Shown here: positions 13,271-25,764 of the stretch, piece by piece
Numbering within the stretch: position 1 is the first letter of the stretch
Layout of the letters: every line of letters starts with the position of its first letter
Assembly: GCA_030390025.1 (NCBI GenBank)
Contig: CM059432.1
Coordinates: 140,246,001-140,310,000 of the forward strand
DNA: 64,000 nt
Direction of reading: 5' to 3'
Source: Squalus acanthias
Lineage: Eukaryota
Made by a program: the position numbers and the translations under genes
Notes under the pieces: model-generated
Told to the model about the DNA's origin: nothing
Database searches by the model: none
Seen by the model: the letters and a program-made list of their open reading frames with translations, nothing else

Positions 13271-14057
13271 ATCTGAAAGAGAAAGGCAGATCAATGGTTT
13301 GGATGTGACCTATAATCAGAACTGATGAAGAATCATATCTAACAGCATTAACCTATCTTCCTCTTGCAAATTGCATTTCAGGCAATTTATGGTTTTATTA
13401 CATTGAATTTTGAAATAGGAATGATTTCGATACATTTTATATGTTCATAATATGGGGGAAAGGGGGGATTTTTTTCAACTGGAGGCCGTCTATGCCTTGC
13501 CTGAAAAATGAGCGACCGACAGGAAATTCCAGTGAGGACCCTGTGCCCATCTGGTTCAATTTTCAGGCAGGGCTTAAAATGCGCGCCCGGAACGCTCTCC
13601 CACAACAGGCAGGAAGCTGTTTAAATATGCAAGTCAGGGTCCTGTGCCAAGTGTAGAACCCCGATTGCAATTCTCACGGAGAAATAGGTGGAACATGTGA
13701 AGTGCATGCTAATCCCACGTTGTCTGGGCATTGAGAGGCCTAACCTGCGATCCTTAAAGAGAATGCTGGAGGCTACTCTATATAAAAAAAAGTACATTTT
13801 TCCTTTCGTTAAGATTTTTGTGACCCTACAAGAAAACCCACTTCCAGCGCATTGCCAATCATTCTCATTCCCCCCCACCCCGCTCCCCTCACCCCTTATT
13901 AGGCACCGCCTTCAGGAGGTAAGTAGAGAATCTATCACAGGCAAAACTTACAGGCAAATTTTCAGGACATGGCTATTTGTAATAGTCCTGAAAACCTTCC
14001 CAACCAGATGACAAGCCTACTTTTTAACACGTATTACAGTGGTGGGAGATGGATTAG

Positions 14058-14326
14058 TTTGGGTTGCCAAATCCAGTTGGATGACTTCCTGCAGGTTTCA
14101 TCACATGAGCTCCCCCCCCCCTCCAGCCGCCCCATCCAGGCAAATAGCCTCCCAGCTCCAATATTTTTTAGAACTAATAAACAAAAGTGTTTAAAGAAAA
14201 TGAAAAATAAAACACTTATTCTTATGCCCCGTTGATTGCTCTCCCAGTTTGCTCGCAGCCGTGTCCAGGAGATTAACCTTTAATTCCTGGAGACTCCAGG
14301 ACAATCCTGGAGGGTTGGCAACCCTA
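14058..14326. mobile_element. Small TIR element (hAT-like MITE)
   Basis: GGGTTGCCAA ... TTGGCAACCCTA terminal inverted repeats. Confidence 0.55.
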
Positions 14327-15825
14327 GGATTAGTTGATTTCTTTTTCCCCCCTGTGGTTTTAATGGTATTTTTATAATATTTAGCAAATGTAGCTAGACC
14401 ACACTTTGGCGTACTGTGTACAGTTATGGTCGCCGTATTATAGAAAGGATATAGAAGCACTGGAGAGGGTGCAAAAAAGATTCACGAGAATGATACCAGA
14501 ACTGCGAGTTTATACCTATTAGGAAAGGATGAACAGGCTGGGTCTCTTTTCTCTTGAGGAGTGACCTAATAGAGGTGCTGAAGGCTTGTGCTCCAGAACT
14601 AGCCGGGCCTCTAGCCAAGCTGTTCCAGTCCAGCTACAACACTGGCATCTATCCGACAATGTGGAAAACTGCCCAGGTATGTCCTGTCCACAAAAAGCAG
14701 GACAAATCCAACCCGGCCAATTACCGCCCCATCAGTCTACTCTCAATCATCAGCAAAGTGATGGAAGGTGTCATCGACAGTGCTATCAAGCGGCACTTAC
14801 TCACCAATAACTTGCTCACTGATGCCCAGTTTGGGTTCTGCCAAGACCACTCGGCTCCCGACCTCATTACAGCCTTGGTCCAAACATGGACAAAGGAGCT
14901 GAATTCCAGAGGTGAGGTGAGAGTGACTGCCCTTGACATCAAGGCAGCATTTGACCGAGTGTGGCATCAAGGAGCCCTAGTAAAACTGAAGTCAATGGGA
15001 ATCAGGGGGAAAATGCTCCACTGGCTGGAGTCATACCTAGCACAAAGGAAGATGGTTGGGGTGGTTGAAGGCCAATCATCACAGCCCCAGGACATCGCTG
15101 CAGGAGTTCCTCAGGGCAGTGTCCTAGGCCCAACCATCTTCAGCAGCTTCATCAATGACCTTCCCTCCAACATAAGGTCAGAAATGGGGATGTTTGCTGA
15201 TGACTGCACAGTGTTCAGCACCATTCACAACTCCTCAGATAATGAAGCAGTCCATGCCCGCATGCAACAAGACCTGAATGACATTCAGCCTTGGGCTGAT
15301 AAGTGGCAGGTAACATTCGCGCCACAGAAGTGCCAGGCAATGACTATCTCCAACAAGCGAGAGTCTAACCACCTCCCCTTGACATTCAATGGCATTACCA
15401 TCGCCGAATTCCCCACTATCAACATCCTGGGAGTCACCATTAACCAGAAACTTAACTGGACCAGCCACATAAATACTGTGGCAACAAGAGCAGGTCAGAG
15501 ACTAGGTATTCTGCGGCGAGTGTCTCACCTCCTGACTCCCCAAAGCCTTTCCACCTACAAGGCACAAGTAAGGAGTGTGATGGAGTACTCTCCACTTGCC
15601 TGGATGAGTGCAGCTCCAACAACACTCAAGAAGCTTGACACCATCCAGGACAAAGCAGCCCGCTTGATTGGCACACCATCCACCACCTTAAACATTCACT
15701 CCCTCCACCACCAGCGCACCGTGGCTGCAGTGTGTACCATCTACAAGATGCACTGCAGCAACTTGCCAAGGCTTCTTTGGCAGCACCTCCCAAACCCGCG
15801 ACCTCTTCCACCTAGAAGGACAAGG

Positions 15826-17482
15826 TGTAGAATTCGCAAATTATCGCGATTTCAAAATAATGAGAAAGAGACATACAGTTTCGTAAAAACAGCTTTATTT
15901 CAGCAAAATGCTGTCAGGTTCAAAAACGGACACAAGAAGCCTGTAAAATGGCCACCGCGCCTCGTGGCAGAAGGTTCCAGATTTCTCAGTAGGCAGACAA
16001 GATGGCGTTTCAATAAACATTTCAGCAAGATCGGACAGTGCTCAGCATATTGATATAAGACAAGACGCGATCGTTTTGCATTTCTAACACCTAAGCAAGA
16101 AATATAAGTGCTGGAATCGGTTTTCCATACACAAACGGGGGCTATTGTACTGGGCAATCAAGGGCCCATCCAAAGACATTGATACGCAAATTCCCCGCGG
16201 CTCTACGATGAGAGAGCCGTTCGCGGGTACTCACAACAAGAATTCGGAGGCCCCCAAAACCCCTCCAGGGAGACTCCTAGCCGGTTCCACAATGGGAGAA
16301 ATATTAACGGGTACTTAGACAGTTACAAGTATCACCGAAACCCATTAACGACAAGAACCACCCCATACAAGAAGTTTGAGCGCCAAAACATGACAAAAGA
16401 TGAACATTAAGTTTGGGCGGGAGATAATGAATTACAGTACTATAACTGTAGTGTCCAAGCGCCCATCGCTCTCTTATCTTTTTCATTCGCTTGGAATCGT
16501 CTCTTGGCTATTCTCCCGGACGACCGTTACTCTCTCTTGTTCCGCTGATCCCTTTTGGGGTCGACCTCGTGGCGCGCTGCGAAATCGGGTGCACCATTCC
16601 GAAGGTCGGTAAACGGTGTCTGGACCCGATGGCCCGAGGAGATGAGATGAGATGAGAAGAGAAGAAGAAGAATCCACGTGCCGCCGCGGTCAGTAAACCC
16701 CGACCGCGCCCGTAAATATAAAGACCATTTTTGAACTCTATCAGGTTACTGCATGAACTGGTCAAAGACTTTTCTTTGAATCCTATCGACAACCGGTGTC
16801 AATACAGGAAGACTCTTCTTTGAATTTTACCGGTTAAGTGGTGTCGGTCCAGAAAGACTTTTCTTTGAGTTCTACAGCCGGGCCCGAGCATTGTCGAGTT
16901 CTTCATGACAACGGGGAGCCCAGCCTGCTTGCAGCAGCAGAGCGAGTAAACATGTGGGGTACAGAGACCCCTGATCAACACGTGAATAGTCAGGTGCTGT
17001 GGCGAAAACATCCGAGCATCGTTTTAGAATTCTCCGAGTTATCACGAGTGGTGAGCATGGTTCTCGATCCTACAGATCTAGATTAGGACAGGCATTAATA
17101 GGGGAGGGTTTTGTTTTAAGGATAATTATAATGTGTATCCCCTTTTACGATGTGTCGTGCGCTCCTCGTTTCCCTAAACCTAGTTGCATAAATGTATGTA
17201 AGCTTGTACTGTCATTAATCTGTGCTTATGACATGTATTTCGTAATCTTGAACAATATGCAATAAAGATTTTCCATTTCGTACTATTCAACCGGGTCTAC
17301 CTGAGTTTTCTCTGCATTACTGCTCTCGCACCTAAGTCCAGTGTCAGAACCGTAAGGGCGAGTGGGTCGAACCACTCACAGGTGTCTAGTGCTACCAGGC
17401 TGGCTGCAGACCAGAACAGGCAACAAGGCCTAACCCCGCACTAGCACCCAGGCTAAGCACAGAGCCACGCGAACCCCTTACA
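15826..17482 (+). mobile_element. Solo LTR, 1,657 bp, of an unidentified ERV or LTR retroelement
   Basis: TGTAG...TTACA termini, 4-bp TSD AAGG, host LINE rejoins exactly; TATAAA at 16717, AATAAA at 17261. Confidence 0.85.
16675..16722 (+). promoter_or_regulatory. Putative LTR core promoter (E-box, GC-rich stretch, TATA box)
   Basis: CACGTG at 16675-16680, then a GC-rich run, then TATAAA at 16717-16722. Confidence 0.55.
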
Positions 17483-18061
17483 AAGGGCAGCAGGCGCATG
17501 TGAACACCATTACCTCCAAGTTCCCCTCCAAGTCACACACCATCCTGACTTAGAAGTATATCGCCGATCCTTTATCGTCGCTGGGTCAAAATCCTGGAAC
17601 TCCCTCCCTAACAGCACTGTGGGAGTACCTTCACCACACGGACTGCAGCGGTTCAAGAAGGCAGCACACCACCACCTTCTCAAGGGCAACTAGGGATGGG
17701 CAATAAATGCTGGCCTTGCCAGCGACACTCTGATCCCATAAACGAATAAAAAAAAAACTTTGAAATGATGCAAGGTTTTGATACAGTAGACACAGGGGGC
17801 TGGATTCTGTCATTGGGGGCGGGCTGGGGGCGTGTCAGGTGGTCGGCGTGTCAGGACCCCGCCTCCGATGTGCGATTTTGCCCTAATTGGGCACTTGATT
17901 TCCAGCGTGTGGGAACTCCTGGCCCAATGAATCTTTTGATACAGAAACTCGCCTCCAATGACGTAATCTATGCAGCTGGATTTAAGGCCTGCAAGCAGCC
18001 TTGCTTCTTTTTGAGCCTTACAACTTTATCACCATTCTTCTGAGGGATTACTACTGCAACT

Positions 18062-19754
18062 ATGTCCAGCACCAGACCAAAGTGTGCACCCAGATTCGAT
18101 GAGGCCTCCCTCCAAGGTCTGGTAGAGGGAGCAAGAGCAAACAAGGAAGTGCTCTTTCCTTCCTCAGGGAGGAAAAAGCCTCCACAACAGACCAAAGCTG
18201 TATGGCCGCAAGTGGCCCAGGAGGTGAATGCCGATTTCAATGTGCAGCAGAACCTGGCTGCAGTGCCAAAAGAGGGTTCATGACCTTCTCCACCCAGGAG
18301 GAAGTGAGTATTCCATCCCCATGACCCTCAATCTGATCCCCATCGCCTCTCATCACCAGCACTCTGCTTTATCAACTCCTCCTCCACATCCCACTTGACC
18401 ATTACATCCCTGCACCCTGACCCATTCCCCCTCTCTGTATGTTCACATTCACTTAAGTATTCGACTATGCAGCCCTCACACTCCCTATCACTGTGATGCT
18501 ATGACAACAACTTACAACACACAGGGAGGGCCCCTTGGTCTTGGCACCTCACTCCATCTTTGTCTCCTTCTAAGCATCTATGCTATGGATTCTCTACACT
18601 CACTCCTTCATTCTCACTCAAACTCCACTTGTGTCCCTCATTGCAGGAAAAGAGAGCCCACAATAAGAGGGAGAGGGCAAGGACAGGAGGAGGGCCACCC
18701 TCAATAGCCCAGCTCACCACTGCAGAGGAGGCGGCCCTGGAGATCGTGGGAGTGGAGGAGGATGCGCAAGTGGGGGGCGGACAGACGGGCGCATCACAGC
18801 AAGCTGGTGACAGAATAGTTTGGCATCTCTCTCATTGACATTGCATGAGTGACTCATAATGATTCTGATGCTCTAACAGATTGACTTATGATCATCTGCA
18901 CAATTCAATGAGCATGCAACGTTTATCTCACATGTTTAACTCTTTCCTTTACTCCCCCACAGGACCATCGACAGCCCCCCTCCCCACTGTCCAGGAGGAG
19001 CAGCCTGAGCCTGAAGACTCCTCAGAGGAAGCTGCAACCTCTGAGGGTGCAGCGTCAGCAGAATTAAGCGCACCCAGCATCAGCGCAGAAACTCACACCT
19101 CGGTGGGACCTTCGCGAGATAGAGTAGTGTTGGCACCTGGTGTATCACAGATCACAAGTGAGCATCAGCAGATGGTGGAGACAGGGACAGCAGTGGAGAG
19201 TCCTCGTCGGAGGCCGCAGGACTCTGCCAGCTCGGCTCAGTTGCATGTCGACCCTGTGCCTCCGGGTCCATCCAGAAGGAGAGCGGTGCTGGAACTCCAG
19301 GAACAGGTGCAGGAGTCTCTGGCAGGTTTTGTCTCCAGGGTCGCTGTGAGTGTGGAGCGAATGGAGGAGTCCATCGCTAACATGAGCAGAGCCTTTGTGG
19401 AGGCATTGGCGCATGAACGCATCACCACGGAAAGGATGGCAACCTCCGTGGAAAGGATGGCTACCTCCGTGGTAAGGCTGGCTACCATAGAGGAGAGGAT
19501 GGCCACTGCAGAGCCCTCAGTCAGAGCCCCACCAGAGTCCTCACCCAACTGAGATGGGCGTGTCAGCCCCTGCACAGCCGCAGGAGCAGCAGACTGTTGC
19601 CGAGCCCTCACAGGCTCGCAACCCCAGAGGACGCCCGCCAAAGGTGTCGAGACAGGAGCAGCAAGAAAGTGAGCGAGGGGCCTCCACATCTGCTGAAGCC
19701 ACAGGGGAGACACCACGTAGGAGCACGCGTAAGAGGAAGATAAAGCAGAAGTAG
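18062..19754 (+). pseudogene. Harbinger Myb/SANT-like DNA-binding protein, 3 exons (18062-18303, 18647-18806, 18963-19754), frameshifted
   Basis: PRFDEASLQGLVEG..KEVLF..W.QVAQEVNA trihelix/MSANTD pattern; GT-AG junctions; coiled-coil repeats (ERMATSV) and a basic C-terminus. Confidence 0.8.
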
Positions 19755-20012
19755 TCACAAGGGTAGTCACTTGGGTGTTCTGTTGTGTTTATTTTTGAAA
19801 AGCCATCCGTGAATTGTGATGATAAAAAAATTTGATGGCAAACTGTTGAAGTTGTGTCCTGTGTCATTTCGCAAATGGGACTTCCACATTGAGGGCTCAG
19901 GGCGACTTGCAATTGTCAGTATGGTAGTCAGAGTGATAGGAATCCACAGGTTCTTGTCCATTGTCGATGCTCTGGTAAGAAGGTGCGAGGCAAAAGTGTT
20001 TGATTGGGCAGG

Positions 20013-21401
20013 CTAAGCAAATCTGGCCAAGCTGAGTGCATCCCTTGCATCCCGGGCAGCAATGTGCTCGAATGCTGCTGCTGCTGGTTGATGCGCCTCC
20101 GCAACCTGTTCGTTGTTGCTCTCCTCCTCCTCCTCCTCCCCCTCCTCATCTGAGGAGGCTATGCGATCAGCCACTTGTACCTCATCCAGCTGCAAGCCAC
20201 GATGCTGTGCCATGTTGTGAAGTGCACAGCAGACCACGACGATTCTGGAGACCGTGGCTGCTGAGTACTGCAGGGCTCCACCTGATCTATCAAGGCATCT
20301 GAATCGCATCTTCAGCAAGCCGATGGTTTGCCCGATTATGGATCTGGTGGAAATGTGGCTGGAGTTGTAGCGCTCCTCAGCTTCATTGGATGGGCTCCTC
20401 AATGGCGTCATTAGCCACGTCTTCAGGGGATAGCCCTTGTATCCAAGTAGCCATCCAAAAAGTTGGTCAGGCGGACTGAAGAGCGAGGCACACTAGACTG
20501 GCGCAGGATGAAGGAGTCATGGCAACTGCCAGGGTACTTGGCGCAAACATGCAAAATTTCCTTCTTGTGGTCACACACCAGCTGCACGTTGAGGGAGTGG
20601 AAGCCCTTGCGGTTGACAAAAATACCTGGATTGTGATGGGGTGCCTTAAGGGCCACATGCAGTTAACAACGCCCTGCACCCTTGGAAAGCCTGCCAGATT
20701 CACAATCCCAACTGCACGCACGGTTACACTTGCTTGATCCTCGGAGAAGTTGATGTAATTGTGTGCGATGGCAAAGTGCGCATCGGTTACCTTTCGTGAT
20801 AGAAAGATAGAGACTAGGAGCAGGAGTAGGCCATTCGGCCCGTCGAGCCTGCTCCACCATTCAATACGATCATGGCTGATCATCCAAATCCAGTACCCTG
20901 TCCCTGCTTTCTCACACAGAATCCCCATCGAGCCTGCACCGATGCAAGTGTGTGCGGCCACCTGGGAGACGCCGTTAATGTCTGCTGCTGATCCCTGGAA
21001 TGAGCCTGAAGCAAAAAAGTTGAGTGCGATGGTGACTTTGACAGCCACTGGTAAGGAGTGTCCACCCGTTCCTCTGGGCTCCAGGTCTTGCTGCAGCATT
21101 GCGCAGATGTCACCCACTACCTCTTGCGAAAGTCTGAGCCTCCTTTGGCACTGCTGCTCAGTCATGTTGAGGTAGCTCATCCTCTGTCTGTAGACCCTGT
21201 TTTGGGGGTATCTCCTGCGGCGATGTGCTTCCATGCGCTGGCGCCTTCTGGCCTGTGCAGATTCAGGTGGGTGACAGCAGCTTGGCGCTCCTGTTGTTGC
21301 TCCTGCTGTTGGTGCCGCTGTTGTTCAGGGTTCTGCTGCTGCCGCGGCTGGTCTTCGTCCGAATCTGATGTCCAGGAGGAAAGGAAATAAATGGTTCCCA
21401 T
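20013..21401 (-). pseudogene. Harbinger DDE transposase, frameshifted, with a CR1-tail insert at about 20796-20940
   Basis: [41 protein letters not shown] and CCALHN motifs. Confidence 0.9.
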
Positions 21402-22834
21402 GCTTCTGGTATATGCCTCAGTTGAGGAAGCGCTCAGTCAAGGTGGGAAGAGGGGTTTCCCAGGAGGTCACACTGGAGATGGGTGTCAGGCTCCAAACTT
21501 CCACAACAATGAGTAGGCCTGCTAAAAGTTCCCTCAGACCTGAGACAACAAAGTTCTGCCACCTGCAAATGATCATTGGTGAAAACTCCTTTTTAATGGT
21601 GGAGCTGCAGCTGTTAGTAAGCAATCCACTTGTGAGGCCACCAGGATTAACTGGCGTGTTCCAGAGGAGACGTGCAGCATGGGGGAAATGTGTTAAATTC
21701 AGAAAGGCCTCTCAAAATGGGATTATAAAGGCACTTAACTGGTTGTTAATGGCCTTAAGGGCCTAGCCCGCCTCTTTGAGGCAGGATGGAAACGGGGTCT
21801 GAAACCACGATTGTGGGAAAATTGCTCAGAGGCGGGATCAGATCCGCCCGCCATTTTTTGCGATTTTAACAACTCACACGCCTCCAAACCCGGCTCCTCG
21901 GGCCTGGCAAAATCGAGCCCAGAGTGTTTCCATTTGTGGGGAAGAGGAAAACTAGAGGCCATCAATATAAGATAGTCACCAAGAAATCAAATAGGGAATT
22001 CAGAAGTAACTTCTTTACCCAGAGAGTGGTGAGAATGTGGAACTCGCTACCACAGGGAGTGGTTGAGGTGAATAGCATAGATGCATTTAAGGGGAAGCTA
22101 GACAAGCATATGAGGGAGAAGGAATAGAGGGCTACACTGATAGAGTTAGATGAGGAAGGATGGGAGGAGGCTCGAGTGGAGCATAAAAGCCGGCATGGAC
22201 TGGTTGGGCCGAGTGGCCTGTTTCTGTGCCGTATAGCCTATGTAATTCTATGTACTCTAGCAGGTAAATGCACTGAATGGGATATTGGGCTAGGAAGAGT
22301 CTGGGCTGAAGCCTGGCCTGTGTTGAGTGAGCTAGGGTGCTTACAATTCACTGCACTGTTGCTGTTCAATCTATTATAAAGAATGTTTCTGTGCTGTATA
22401 TCCTATGTTAGCCTATGTCCTCGGGAGGGGTGAAACCCCTTTTCAGTATTTCCCACTACGAGTTGCTCCCATCAGAAGAAGGGTAAGGGGGAGAAAAGGT
22501 CGCATTATTTTACACAGAATTAACAAACCACAAGCAAGACTACAGAGGACAAGAATTCTTTTGTCCTCCACTGAGATTGTCAAATAGACTCCGAGAAAAA
22601 AGCAGTAAATTTTGCATTCAGTATGTTATCAGGATATGAATGGTCAGCGCTGATCAGATAATTCATAATGGTTCCCGTTCTACTGTGACTAAGGACAGGC
22701 CATCTGTAAAAGCAACCAGCTAGTGTTGAATAAAAGAGTTGCATACCACTCTGGACTTTTATTCAATTACCTTTGGGAGTCAAGGAGCAATTTTTATAGA
22801 ACTTTATCTCAGAACATTATAATATGTGGAGTTG

Positions 22835-23292
22835 AGTCCGTGAGGCTGTCAGCACTCTCGCCTCTGAGTCAGAAGGTCGTGAGTTCAAGTCCCACTCCAG
22901 AGACTTGAGCACAAAAATCTAGGCTGACACTCCCAGTGCAGCGCTGAGGGAGTGCTGCACAGTCGGAGGTGCCGTCTTTGGGATGAGATGCTAAGCTGAG
23001 GACTTATCTGCTCTCTCAGGTGGACGTAAAAGATCACATGACACTATTCAAAGAAGCGCAGGGGAGTTCTCTCTGATGTCCTGGGGCTAATATTTATCCC
23101 TCAACCAACATCACTAAACAGATGATCTGGTCTTTATCACATTGCTGTTTGTGGGAGCTTGCTGTGCGTGAATTGGCTGCCCTGTTTCCTACATTACAAC
23201 AGTGACTACACTTCAAAGTACTTGATTGGCTGTGAAGCGCTTTGGGACGACATGAGATCATGAAAGGGGCTACAGAAATGCAAGTTCTTTCA
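22835..23292 (+). mobile_element. tRNA-headed Deu-domain SINE (SacSINE1-like)
   Basis: B-box-like GAGTTCAAGTCCC, GGAGGTGCCGTCTTT.GGATGAGA Deu core and L2-type tail. Confidence 0.8.
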
Positions 23293-25061
23293 TACTTTAT
23301 AATAGATTGGACTGTACGCGGTCTGTGGAAGAGAAGGCTTGTGAAACCTTTTCTTATGTCCTTTTCTCATCCATACTTTTTTTACTGTATTTTTTTTATT
23401 CCTTAAGGAGTAAATTGAGAAATAATATTCGGGCGCGATGAATTGGAGCCTTTAGCCCCGATTTTAAGCCTGCCCTCCCGGGAACGTGGTGGGCGAGCGG
23501 TTGAAATAGTGGTAGAATAGGCACCGCTGCCATCTCGATGTACTCCCACATGCTGCCATTTTAACCGCACACCTTTCAGAATGTGACCGGGGTTCCTGCC
23601 ACAGGCAGGCAGGCAGGGTCCTCAAGAATATATTAAAATCAGGGGTCCGATGGCGCAATTAGGACCCCGGCGCCATTTTAGCTAAAATTTGCGACTGTCA
23701 AGTGACTGACCTGCAGGAGAATGAAGTAATTTGAAAAATGTGCTTTTTCCCTTGTGGGCCAAGAGGAGCAGGAGTAAAACAGGTGAACAAGCTTTATATT
23801 TTTTTAGTGTCTCATTCGCTGCCAATTCTCTTCCAGGAGTGCCCACCTTGAAGAAGTTCTGCTCTTCTCTCTGATGGGGTTTCCGTTTGTCTCTTTTACC
23901 TTGCTCTCCTTTGTTGCTTTCTGTTTCCCTCCTTGAGTTTGATCAGGTGTCTGCTCGACCTTGCTTTCATCAGCCACATCTCTTTCCTCAGCAGCTGTCT
24001 CTCGGCTCCGACTTATTCCACGTGGATTCCAACCGAAAATTCCACCCCTCATGACTCAGATCCACCAATGATCACATGACATTCAACGTCCCTTTTGACT
24101 CTGTTTTTCTCTCTCTCTCTCTCTCCACAGATGCTGCCTGACCTGCTGAGTGTTTCCAGCATTCTCGGTTTCTATTTAAGATTTGTAATTTGTTCTTCAG
24201 TGATTTTGAGCTTTAGTTTGCATTAACCATTGCGAATCTTAATGTCCATCCCTCAGAGTCTTCAGGGGCTGTTACCTTCAAAGATTTCCAAGTCCGCAGG
24301 CGAGTTTCTTTTGATTTTTTGACTCTATTCCCCATACAAGGCAGCAGCCTGAAGCACTTCTTGTTAAATAGGCACGCACAGAAAAGGGTCAGAGTACAGT
24401 AGCAGGATAAGACTTACAATTACTGAACTCTTTGGGGATCCTAGTAACAACTTTGCTCATTATCTTCGAGCAAAAAAATTTTTTTTAAGTTCAGATGTTT
24501 TTCATTTATTCGAGGAGCTCGATAAATTAAGAAAATTCTCGTCTTTATTTTGTGCTTGTCTCACTTTTACCGCAAATTTATTCAAATATCCATCTTGCAC
24601 AGGTTAGGTGTTGGAAGCCAGTTTTATGTTCTGCAAAAGGACCTGTGTCTAACTTAAAGAGCAGTTCGTTTTCTCCAAAAAACAGTCTTTAAATTCACTT
24701 GTTTTATTCAACGTAACTATTTTCAAATGTGGGCAAATGGAGAATCATGTGGCTGCTGTGATGTGCATCACGATGGGCTACTAAAGTAAACATTGGTAAA
24801 GATATAGCCTATCTTTTTATCGTGGATGATACATGCCTATTCACTGGGGATGAATTGACAGAATAAGTAGTCCTGGGAATTTGGTTTTCCGCAATGCTTG
24901 CCCCGACAGCCGATTTGTACACGCCTGCCGAACAGCATGAACACATCCTCACGCTGCACTGGTAACGACAACAGACACATGTTCACCGCTACACTGCCAG
25001 GATCATACACAGGTTCCCCTCCACCCCCCATTCTCCCAAACAGCTGCGCAACAGATGTCCG

Positions 25062-25485
25062 CTGTGACTCAGCGGGTAGCGCTCTCACCTCTGCGGTCAG
25101 AAGGTCATGACACCCCAGAGACTTGAGCACAAAAATCTAGGCTGACACTCCCAGTGCAGTGCTGAGGGAGTGCTGCACTGTCGGAGGTGCCGTCTTTCGG
25201 ATGAGACGTTAAACCGAGGGCCCCGTCTGCTCTCTCAGGCGGATGTAAAAGATCTCCCTGGTGTCCTGACCAATATTTATCCCTCAATCAACATTACTAA
25301 AAAACAGATTATCTGGTCATTTATCACATTTGTTGTTTGTGGGAGCTTGCTGTGCGCAAATTGGATGCCATGTTTCCTACGTTACAACAGTGACTGCACT
25401 TCAAAAGTACTTCATTGGCTGTAATAGTGCTTTGGGATGTCCTGAGGTCATGAAAGGCGCTGTTTAAATGCAAGTCTTTCTTTTT
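25062..25485 (+). mobile_element. Deu-domain SINE
   Basis: Same family as 22835-23292. Confidence 0.8.
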
Positions 25486-25764
25486 ATTTTTATGTGTACT
25501 CCATCAATAGCCACCAGAGAAACCAGACACCTGGCCACCAGAGATTAGACAGCCCATCTCTGCTAAACTACTCGGAATTCGAACCCCTGTCCACTAAGTC
25601 GATAGAAATTGGATTCTTGCCCCCTCTAAACCAATTGCTATTAGATGCATCAATTATTAGTTCAGATAAATTGCAAAACAAAATAGACACACCTCTCTTT
25701 GCTTTTGTTGCTCTTCCAGTCGATCCCTTCATTTTGCAATTGATGACTTTTAAAACCCAACCTT

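Larger units (their letters stand above)
14576..17757 (+). mobile_element. 5'-truncated non-LTR retrotransposon (CR1/L2/Jockey supergroup) RT, interrupted by a solo LTR
   Basis: RT motifs NYRPISLL, LDIKAAFD, GVPQGSVLGP and FADD; 3' end GGGCAATAAATGCTGGCC plus poly(A) at about 17748-17757. Confidence 0.9.
17797..21920. mobile_element. Full-length two-gene PIF/Harbinger transposon (degenerate)
   Basis: TIRs GGGCTGGATTCTGTCA / TGGCAAAATCGAGCCC, TSD AGG/AGA (one mismatch), convergent Myb and transposase genes. Confidence 0.92.
14360..22255 (+). mobile_element. CR1 3' fragment acting as host of a nested cluster (pieces at about 14360-14577, 17758-17796 and 21921-22255)
   Basis: The CR1 sequence ...GACCTAATAGAGGT|CTTTGAAATGATG...GACAC|AGAGTGTTTCC... 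rejoins when the inserts are removed. Confidence 0.75.

Noticed and set aside
13290..13360. Additional hammerhead (CTGATGA at about 13322)
   Set aside because: The GAAA core and stems have decayed; probably an old Penelope-derived remnant
14554..16053. 499-aa ORF as a cellular gene
   Set aside because: Chimera of a CR1 stub, a LINE RT and LTR read-through
16720..16881. CRISPR-like repeat/spacer periodicity
   Set aside because: Repeats are short and degenerate, lie inside a vertebrate LTR, and there are no cas genes
22835..22905. tRNA genes
   Set aside because: The A/B boxes are SINE heads followed by SINE bodies; no full cloverleaf
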